64,000 nt of DNA. Origin: a virus. Every line of letters starts with the position of its first letter. Within the stretch, counting starts at the first letter, position 1. The stretch is from positions 1,878-65,877 of IMG/VR virus record IMGVR_UViG_3300035684_000003. One strand, written 5' to 3'. Of this stretch, positions 57,884 through 64,000 are shown piece after piece. A program made the translations under genes and the position numbers. A model generated the notes under the pieces. The model had not been told where the DNA came from. It saw only the letters and a program-made list of their open reading frames with translations, and ran no database searches.

Positions 57884-58100
57884 CTGTTGGATGCCAGTCC
57901 ATCAAGGGGTATCCATTGATAGATACAGCGGGAGAAAAGCCAAGCGCTAAAGCCCGCTGTTCGACCTTTGCCGTAAAATTCTCCAAAATGACTTCAGCGC
58001 ATCTGCATTCATAAAGACAATTTTTCCCGTTGACTACCTCAAGAATCTCTAGAGTACTGTGGCGGAAAATTCGACAACTCATTGACTTCCTCCAAAGCAA
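57867..58100 (-). CDS. Small hypothetical protein
   Basis: ORF overlapping the start of the MTase fusion. Confidence 0.4.
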   Translation of the reverse strand: MLWRKSMSCRIFRHSTLEILEVVNGKNCLYECRCAEVILENFTAKVEQRALALGFSPAVSINGYPLMDWHPTGASND

Positions 58101-58353
58101 GTATTTCTATTCCAAAATCAACATGGATTAAGGGGTTAGGGAACGGAACAGGGGTTAGGGAGCAGGGGTTAGGGGTTGGGGCAAACTCTCTCCCCATCCC
58201 CCGTCCCCCATCCCCCACCCCCTATCCTCCAACCTCTATTCCTGGGTTTAGGCGCATAGCTCATTCACCTCCAGCAAAGTCAAGTCAGTTGAAAAAAGCC
58301 CTTTCTCGTTCCAAGGATTTGTCTCTATCCGCTCTATCAGGTTGAAGCGATTG

Positions 58354-59735
58354 ATAAACTACTCAGGCTTACTTCGATAAACTACTCCCGCGTTCCCGTT
58401 GAAGCCTGAGTTTTCAGTAGCCCTGTATCCCAGATGGTCAACTGAACAGGTTGTCCCGTCCACAAAACACAACTGAGATACGAACCTCCAGGCTGGTTTA
58501 TAGACAGCCCCAAACTAGAAATATTTTTTGCACCATTTTCGTCAGCATCGCCAACCCAACCGCAATGTCCACACTTAAACTTCTTGCCACTTCTGTACGA
58601 CTCACCCCGAACCGGGTGAATGTGCAGGCATTTGTGGCAGGTTTGGCTGGTATATCTTGGGTCAACAAACACCAAATTCACACCAAACTTTATCGCTTTG
58701 TAAGTCAGGAATTGGCGGAGTTGGTAGAACGCCCAACTATTACTTCTACGTCGCTCTGTTTTAGAACGAGGTTGCTGGTTGGTGCGCTCACGAATCCCCG
58801 TCAAATCCTCCAACGCAATAGTTTGGTTAGTATTTTTGGCGTGTTGGATGAGTCGATAGCTGACAGTATGGTTCACCTGTGTTTGAAATCTCCGTTCTCG
58901 CCCACTCAACCGTTGCAAGACCTGTCTCGCCCTACGACGAGTAGACCTTGTGCCTTTGGACGCTTTTTGCTGCAACGAAGCTCTTACACGGGCATATTTG
59001 TCCCGAACCTGAGTTATTTGTTTTCCACTAAACTTCTCCCCTTCCGAGGTAACGCAAATGTCTGTGCGACCCAAATCGATACCCAAAACCTTATCTGTTT
59101 GTCCGGGTTGTGGTGGCTCAGATTCAAGCTGAATTTGCAGGTAGTAAGTACCATCTTTGCGCTTTACCAGGACTGCCGATTTAGGGTTTCTTCCTGTCAG
59201 CAAATGACGCTGATAGTTGCCGATATGCAATGGGAATTTTTCTCTTCCCTTGAGCATGGTCAAACTAACTGTCCAGTCTTTCTCCTTAAAAGTGAAAGTT
59301 CTGGCGTCATACGTCGCACTGGTAGGGGCAAACCCTTTAACAGGTCGGTCTTGCTGTTTAGCCGTTTTGCGGTTAGCACAAACCCTGCGAATGGCATGAA
59401 TGGTCATCTGAGCCGACAAGCCAGAATAGTCCCGTGCTTCCTTATAAATCAAGGATTGTACGGCTATTTGGTTAGTCAGTTTTGGGTCTGTGTTTTTGTT
59501 CACGTACTCACAGCAACTTGCAAAGGCACGAAGTACCGCATCAAGTTTTTCAACCTGACTGGGGGTAACTTCGAGTTTGCAGCTAACCGTGAGGACTTGA
59601 GACATTTTCAATTAGTGAAGAATATGGAACAATCATACCATGTGATTGCTAACTTCGGGGGTGTTGAACCCCGCTCAGTTAGCCGCTATCCCTCCCCAGG
59701 TTGCTTCGCTGAACCTGGGGACTCCCGCGTTCCCG
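58354..59735 (-). mobile_element. IS200/IS605-family element carrying tnpB only
   Basis: Left-end hairpin CCCCAGGTTCAGCGAAGCAACCTGGGG after target TCAA; right-end stem ACTCAGGCTT/AAGCCTGAGT ending TTAT; no tnpA. Confidence 0.85.
58382..59611 (-). CDS. tnpB: TnpB RNA-guided endonuclease
   Basis: GIDLG (RuvC-I), IALEDL (RuvC-II), CHKC...CGHC zinc finger, ADENGAKNI (RuvC-III). Confidence 0.93.
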   Translation of the reverse strand: MKMSQVLTVSCKLEVTPSQVEKLDAVLRAFASCCEYVNKNTDPKLTNQIAVQSLIYKEARDYSGLSAQMTIHAIRRVCANRKTAKQQDRPVKGFAPTSATYDARTFTFKEKDWTVSLTMLKGREKFPLHIGNYQRHLLTGRNPKSAVLVKRKDGTYYLQIQLESEPPQPGQTDKVLGIDLGRTDICVTSEGEKFSGKQITQVRDKYARVRASLQQKASKGTRSTRRRARQVLQRLSGRERRFQTQVNHTVSYRLIQHAKNTNQTIALEDLTGIRERTNQQPRSKTERRRSNSWAFYQLRQFLTYKAIKFGVNLVFVDPRYTSQTCHKCLHIHPVRGESYRSGKKFKCGHCGWVGDADENGAKNISSLGLSINQPGGSYLSCVLWTGQPVQLTIWDTGLLKTQASTGTRE

Positions 59736-60011
59736 TTGAAAAGGAAAATCTGATTTACTCCCTTCTCCTCACCCGCCTTGCTATTAATCAAGCAGTAGCA
59801 ACACGCCTGAGCAAAAGCGTCCCAGACCTCGCGCTTGGTCATCGCCTGCCCCGTGGGGTCGTGCAAATCTTTTGGGACTCTTATGGTGGCTGTTCCGAGT
59901 AACAGTTCTGAATCGTCGCTTAACATACGGCGCTTTAATTCGACGTTGTAGAGCTGGTAAGCGATTGTGGGCGGCTGAGTCTTGTTAAATCCTTTCATGG
60001 CGAATAAAACT

Positions 60012-60728
60012 CTAAAACTCCAGTTCCTGTGATAGCTGGCCACTTGTCCGCCATGAGTTAACTAGTTCCTTGGCTATGGCTTGATATTCTTCCGCTGTAC
60101 CAACTGCCTTAACAGGCTCAGGCATTGTCATTTTTTGACTCATCTTCCCAATTAGCGACTGCATTTCTATCGCCACCTCCTCCGGTATGGGTTCAGCACT
60201 AGACGGTGGCAAAGCTGGTTTTTCTGCTGTGGCAGCCAATGCCCTGATTGCCTCGGCTTCTAGTTCGAGTTGGTCGCGCTGTGAATCGAAAAGCTGGTAG
60301 TACTCGATGAACTGTTGTCGCGACCATTTGATGTCTTGGTCGCTCAGTCGCGATAGCGCCGATAATCCCCCTAGCGTTTTAAGCGCCTTTAAAGCCACCG
60401 CATCTAATTTGAGGGAGGATATGAGCTGACCATACTCTTTCGTGGCGTCAGGAGCCGTGGGGAAGGCTTTCCTCCCCTGTTCTATGCGCTGCCACTGGTC
60501 GAGAATGTGAATCTTCTGCCCAGTGCCAGCAAGCTCGGCTATCTCTTCAGGAGTTGGCATGGACTTGCACTTGATAAAAGCCATCTCAATCGCTTGCTCA
60601 AATTGGGCTGTATTTAGCGATTGGCTGAGGTGCTTGTAAAAGACCCGTTGAACAAAAGGGCTGATATCTTTCTTGTGGTAAGCCGCTAACTCATCTAACA
60701 ATGTGGCAAAAACTTCTTTGTCTAGCAT
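60012..60728 (-). CDS. Putative replication helper / helicase loader-like protein
   Basis: Directly downstream of the initiator; F..AI..A......MPTPEEIAEL...W motif. Confidence 0.55.
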   Translation of the reverse strand: MLDKEVFATLLDELAAYHKKDISPFVQRVFYKHLSQSLNTAQFEQAIEMAFIKCKSMPTPEEIAELAGTGQKIHILDQWQRIEQGRKAFPTAPDATKEYGQLISSLKLDAVALKALKTLGGLSALSRLSDQDIKWSRQQFIEYYQLFDSQRDQLELEAEAIRALAATAEKPALPPSSAEPIPEEVAIEMQSLIGKMSQKMTMPEPVKAVGTAEEYQAIAKELVNSWRTSGQLSQELEF

Positions 60729-60737
60729 GATTCACTC

Positions 60738-61769
60738 CTACAGGTCTGCAATGTTTGAAAGGATGCTATGGACGGAAGCTGCGCGCTCTCTGCTACAGCC
60801 AAGAACTTGAGTGGTCTTCCAGGACTTGACCATCTCAGTTAGCTCTGTCCAGCGTTCTGGTGTTCGTTCACAAGCCAAGATGAGTCGCGATGCGTACTCG
60901 CTATCCTTGCGATCGCGCTTAGCAATAAACGCCACAAAACCTCGGTCGATGTCGTTTGGCTTAGAGTTCAGAATCATCCCGCTGCCACGGTAAGCCTTGA
61001 CAACTTCAGCTAACTGTTGCTTTGCAAGCTTGAGCAATTCGTGCCTCGGTAGTTTTTCTATCTCACCGTTTTCATACCGCCTTAGCACTTCTGACTCTTG
61101 AGCGTTGTTATCACACCCCGGAGTGGGAAATTTAGTCTCACAGTCAACTTGATTTACTTGTGAGAGACTGACGTTTTTTTCTTCAGCGAAGCGAGGTGAG
61201 TCTTGGTGGCTATCCGTGACAATTTCAGCTTCAACAGGAACAGCTTCGCCCTCGCTTTCCTTCTGAGAGAGATCTGAATTTAGATCTGAATTTAGATCTG
61301 AAATAGATCTGTCGTGCGCGCGTTCTATATATATGCCGCTGTTAGATTCCTCTAACTCGGTGCGATCGCAATCTAACAGGGTGTTATTTTCTTCTAACAC
61401 CCTGTTAGATTTTTCTAACACCCTGAGAGATTTATCTAACACCGTGTTAGATTTTGGCGCTACGAGATTTCGAGCCTTCCAGCCATCAACCTGAAAATCA
61501 AATAACCCTAGCCTTTGGAGTTTAGATTGGGCAATATTGATTGTTTCTCTCCTGACCCCAAGATGTTCGGCTATTTGTTTTTGCGACGGAAGCTTGACGA
61601 ATCTATTGCCAAATCGGTCTAGCTTGAACAAGTACCAGAACAAACGCCGCTCTGTTTTGGTTAGGACATCCTGCTCTAGAAGATCTAAAACTCTATTCTC
61701 GATTTGAGCAAAGCCCGGCTCTGACCGCCTCTCCTCCTTACTCTGCTTGCTCATGTCCAACCTCCTCAA
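60738..61769 (-). CDS. Phage replication initiator (wHTH)
   Basis: LTKTERRLFWYL...PSQKQIAEHLGVRRETINIAQSKL...GL; internal iterons. Confidence 0.75.
   Translation of the reverse strand: MRRLDMSKQSKEERRSEPGFAQIENRVLDLLEQDVLTKTERRLFWYLFKLDRFGNRFVKLPSQKQIAEHLGVRRETINIAQSKLQRLGLFDFQVDGWKARNLVAPKSNTVLDKSLRVLEKSNRVLEENNTLLDCDRTELEESNSGIYIERAHDRSISDLNSDLNSDLSQKESEGEAVPVEAEIVTDSHQDSPRFAEEKNVSLSQVNQVDCETKFPTPGCDNNAQESEVLRRYENGEIEKLPRHELLKLAKQQLAEVVKAYRGSGMILNSKPNDIDRGFVAFIAKRDRKDSEYASRLILACERTPERWTELTEMVKSWKTTQVLGCSRERAASVHSILSNIADL
61351..61451. repeat. Iteron array (putative replication origin)
   Basis: TCTAAC-N5-GTTAGA-like units at 61351, 61372, 61393, 61414 and 61435 (21-bp period); 12-bp AGATCTGAATTT repeats at about 61269-61309. 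Confidence 0.7.
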
Positions 61770-61980
61770 GCGTGTACGCGGTTTGCTGTGGTAAAGTCAT
61801 AGAAATAGCCGCCCAACACTCATGGCGGAATATGTTTGCAACTAGAGGCTCATCTGTGACTAGCAGGTGGGCTTCGCCATTTCTGGGCTAACCCTTGCGC
61901 CTCCTTTAGACTATAGCGAATGTTGCACATTTGTGCAAAGCCAGCTAAGATGCTTTGTAGAGAGTTACAAGGAAACCCAA

Positions 61981-62205
61981 GTGAAAAAACGGGCAAAATG
62001 GAACCTCCGTCAGTTAATGGCTGACAGGAGGGTAAAGAATAAGGATTTAGCTGAGGCTTTAGGGATTCATTGGACTGCCATATCAAGGATGAAATCCAAA
62101 GATGAAATGCCTCGCATAGATGGCGCTTCATTGATGACCATTTGCGACGTACTAAACTGCCGACTGACTGAATTAGTTGAGGAGGAAGGGGTAAGGGGTA
62201 ATTAA
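61981..62205 (+). CDS. Cro/C1-type HTH regulator
   Basis: WNLRQLMADRRVKNKDLAEALGIHWTAISRM...ICDVLNC; divergent from the initiator. Confidence 0.85.
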   Translation: MKKRAKWNLRQLMADRRVKNKDLAEALGIHWTAISRMKSKDEMPRIDGASLMTICDVLNCRLTELVEEEGVRGN

Positions 62206-62390
62206 AGGAAAATTTCCTTTTCCCCCTTACTCTTTAACCTTCCTAGGGAAATGACATAAAATAGACTCCAAGTGATGAATTGCCCCTGGCTGCCCATGTC
62301 TTACACAGCTAGGGGCTTTTGCTGTCTGTGCGGATAGGTTAAAGGGGAAGGGGCAAGGGGTAAGGGAAAAGATTAAAGGAAAATTTCCTT

Positions 62391-62708
62391 TTACCTTTCC
62401 CCCTTAACCTTTTCCCTCCTGTGCGGGTCGTGCGCCGCACAATAAGGAATCCGGTTAAACACTACTTTTACCGGGTCATCGCACAGGCAACATTTGTCAA
62501 TTTTTTGCCATATCCGGCTCGAACGGTATATCTCCCCAAGGGTTTCGAGTCGTTCCAGGACTGAGAGAGTTTGCTGCTTTGTCAGCCCCAACTCGGTTTG
62601 AATCTGTTCTAGTTCCTGTCCTTTTGGGCTTGAGTCGAGTAGTTCCCGCACTCGGTTCATGTGGTGCGTAATTTTCTCGACTCGCGTGTTTAGCGTAGAT
62701 TCTGGCAT
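62391..62708 (-). CDS. Small wHTH protein with Cys motif
   Basis: LEQIQTELGLTKQQTLSVLERLETLGEI; CCLCD...YCAAH. Confidence 0.55.
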   Translation of the reverse strand: MPESTLNTRVEKITHHMNRVRELLDSSPKGQELEQIQTELGLTKQQTLSVLERLETLGEIYRSSRIWQKIDKCCLCDDPVKVVFNRIPYCAAHDPHRREKVKGER

Positions 62709-62963
62709 GGTTGGTATACCTGTTTTTTAGTGAGCGTGCGGTTGTTGGGGTTGGGGGATGGAGTTTGGAGGATAGGGGACGGGAAAGGAAAATTTCCTTT
62801 TTTATTCCCGACCCCTGAACATTAGGCAATGTGAGATTGCAATTTCTTTCTTCGATTCCACAGCCTAGGTTTTCGGGGGTGCTGGATTTTCGGTTTATCC
62901 GGAAATTTGGAGGGAAGATGCTTCCAGCGTCTACGGGTGCGGCTCACTGCCTTTACTCCTTTG

Positions 62964-63965
62964 TCAGTTCAAGGTTCGTTCCTCAAGAATGCGTCTAAGC
63001 GCAGTAGACGCTTCACTCGTGGCTTTAATCGCCGCTTCAATTTGCCCCTCGTCCCAATTTTTAGCCGCTTGTTCAAAGCCGGTTACTAAAGAATCTGGCT
63101 CTAGATAAGTCAGGACTAAAGGTGCGATGGAGGAAGAGGGTTGGGGGATGGAGGATGGGGGATGGGGGATGGGGGATGGGGGATGGGGGATGGGGGATGG
63201 GGGATGGGGGATGGGGGATGGGGGATGGGGGATGGGGGATGGGGAAGAGTTTTCCCTAACCCCTGTTCCGTTCCCTACCCCCTGCTCTTCTTCCTCTTCA
63301 TTTCCCTCTTTAGCTGGGGCTGGCATTGCTTTGTAAGCCACAACCGGGGCGTCTGACTTCTGGAAATAATCGGGATGTCCCCAAGCTGATGGGTTATCGC
63401 CGGGAATCACACCTGGGTCCGGCAGAAACAGTACGCCTTTGTCCCTGTGCCCTTGAAGTGCGACTACCTTCCCCAACGTGCCCTCTGGGATAACGTAGCC
63501 GAACATGACTATTGGCTCCTTGCCTTGGGGGGTGCGATACTCGATGCGATCGCTCACCCCAAAAAAGGAAATTTTCCTTTCAACTTCTCGGTCTAGCAGC
63601 AGGTAACGGATGTTTCGCGCTTGGTTCTCCGTCAGGTTGAGGAAAGCGGCTATGGCAGGGCTACCCCAGCCCTTGGAAGGCTTGCCATTTTTAGCTGGGA
63701 CAGTATCCAAGACCCGCTTCTTCTCTTCCTCGCTTGCCGTATCGAGCCAATCCAGCACCTGTTTGATGCGGCGGGAGTGGTCGCGAGGTTGGTAAGGAAT
63801 CCCGTGCCCGGTATTTTCGCTCGCTGCCCAAGCACGAGCCAGAGCCAAAGACTCTTCTTGGAATACCTGGAACTTGAGGTTTACCCCGGCAATACGCGCT
63901 GCTAGTATCCGATGGTGACAATCTCTGGGAAGGTAATCTGCCCCCACCTGAGTGATTTTGGGCAA
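62964..63965 (-). CDS. Hypothetical protein containing a translated heptamer repeat
   Basis: 333-aa ORF; PIPHPPS repeats encoded by the CCCCCAT array. Confidence 0.6.
   Translation of the reverse strand: MPKITQVGADYLPRDCHHRILAARIAGVNLKFQVFQEESLALARAWAASENTGHGIPYQPRDHSRRIKQVLDWLDTASEEEKKRVLDTVPAKNGKPSKGWGSPAIAAFLNLTENQARNIRYLLLDREVERKISFFGVSDRIEYRTPQGKEPIVMFGYVIPEGTLGKVVALQGHRDKGVLFLPDPGVIPGDNPSAWGHPDYFQKSDAPVVAYKAMPAPAKEGNEEEEEQGVGNGTGVRENSSPSPIPHPPSPIPHPPSPIPHPPSPIPHPPSSIPQPSSSIAPLVLTYLEPDSLVTGFEQAAKNWDEGQIEAAIKATSEASTALRRILEERTLN
63143..63244. repeat. GGGGGAT heptamer tandem array (STRR-like), about 14 units
   Basis: Directly visible; one unit is a GGAGGAT variant. Confidence 0.9.
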
Positions 63966-64000
63966 GGGGTGATATTTCCCTTCAAAATCCCAATCTCCTG

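Larger units (their letters stand above)
58248..60043 (-). pseudogene. 137-aa phage gene interrupted by the tnpB element
   Basis: Deleting 58354-59735 joins 60043-59736 to 58353-58248 in frame (...QIFLFN|NRFNLIERIETNPWNEKGLFSTDLTLLEVNELCA*). Confidence 0.7.
1079..63553. repeat. HIP1 octamers (GCGATCGC), about 39 copies
   Basis: Manual count, for example at 1079, 3058, 8289, 9500, 10260, 12035, 20107, 32111, 47331, 63546. Confidence 0.9.
3017..63579. repeat. Dispersed 15-bp palindrome AAGGAAA(A/T)TTTCCT(T/C), at least 22 copies
   Basis: Copies at 3017, 10056, 10214, 15067, 16459, 19618, 22381, 25895, 26426, 31937, 34646, about 40436, 45623, 49984, 52418, 53519, 56539, 57259, 62205, 62376, 62785, 63565. 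Confidence 0.9.
1..64000. mobile_element. Cyanobacterial temperate myophage/prophage (Mu-like head, contractile tail, lambdoid-type replication)
   Basis: Ordered terminase-portal-MuF-protease-capsid-sheath-tube-tape measure-baseplate-fibre genes at 10236-55686; replication and regulatory genes at 56000-64000 and 1-10000; dense HIP1 sites. Confidence 0.95.

Noticed and set aside
58451-59902. 483-aa plus-strand ORF
   Set aside because: It is the antisense shadow of tnpB and has no recognisable motifs.
63127-63356. Plus-strand MGDGGWG-repeat ORFs
   Set aside because: They are only translations of the GGGGGAT heptamer array.
1-64000. tRNA, rRNA, integrase, Mu transposase or attachment sites
   Set aside because: None recognised by eye; absence cannot be proven without tRNAscan and HMM searches.

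Overview
The whole window is a temperate myovirus-type (contractile-tail) phage or prophage of a cyanobacterium, judged from about 39 HIP1 GCGATCGC octamers and heptameric STRR-like repeats. It has a Mu-like head module (TerS/TerL, DUF935 portal, MuF, gpG, prohead protease, DUF2190 decoration, major capsid, gp36) and a complete contractile tail and baseplate with two fibre genes. Replication is lambdoid-like (initiator with internal 21-bp iterons plus a loader). No integrase or Mu transposase is visible. The main candidate for an undescribed system is a family of six genes scattered through the virion operon (15092, 16902, 20091, 27642, 34679, 36160). Their products share an N-terminal leader (consensus MLTxEAxA[FY][AS][EK][LV]G). 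Five also share an [ED]F site and a Cys4 motif, then carry swapped C-terminal domains: GNAT acetyltransferase, Ser/Thr kinase-like, HExxH metallopeptidase, DnaJ J-domain and one unknown; the sixth carries MuF. The three toxin-like members are each followed by a small, closely linked ORF. This looks like a capsid-targeted polymorphic effector/immunity cargo system. Other notable items: a TIR-FHA + DUF4231 (SLATT) + endolysin cassette, an Acb2/Tad1-like sponge, a portal-InPase fusion, an RNase HII-Dcm fusion, a DpdA-like DNA transglycosylase, at least 22 copies of a 15-bp palindrome mostly at gene junctions, two IS200/IS605 derivatives whose ends can be mapped exactly, and a probable +1/-2 tail-chaperone frameshift. 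All family assignments come from motif recognition by eye, not database searches.
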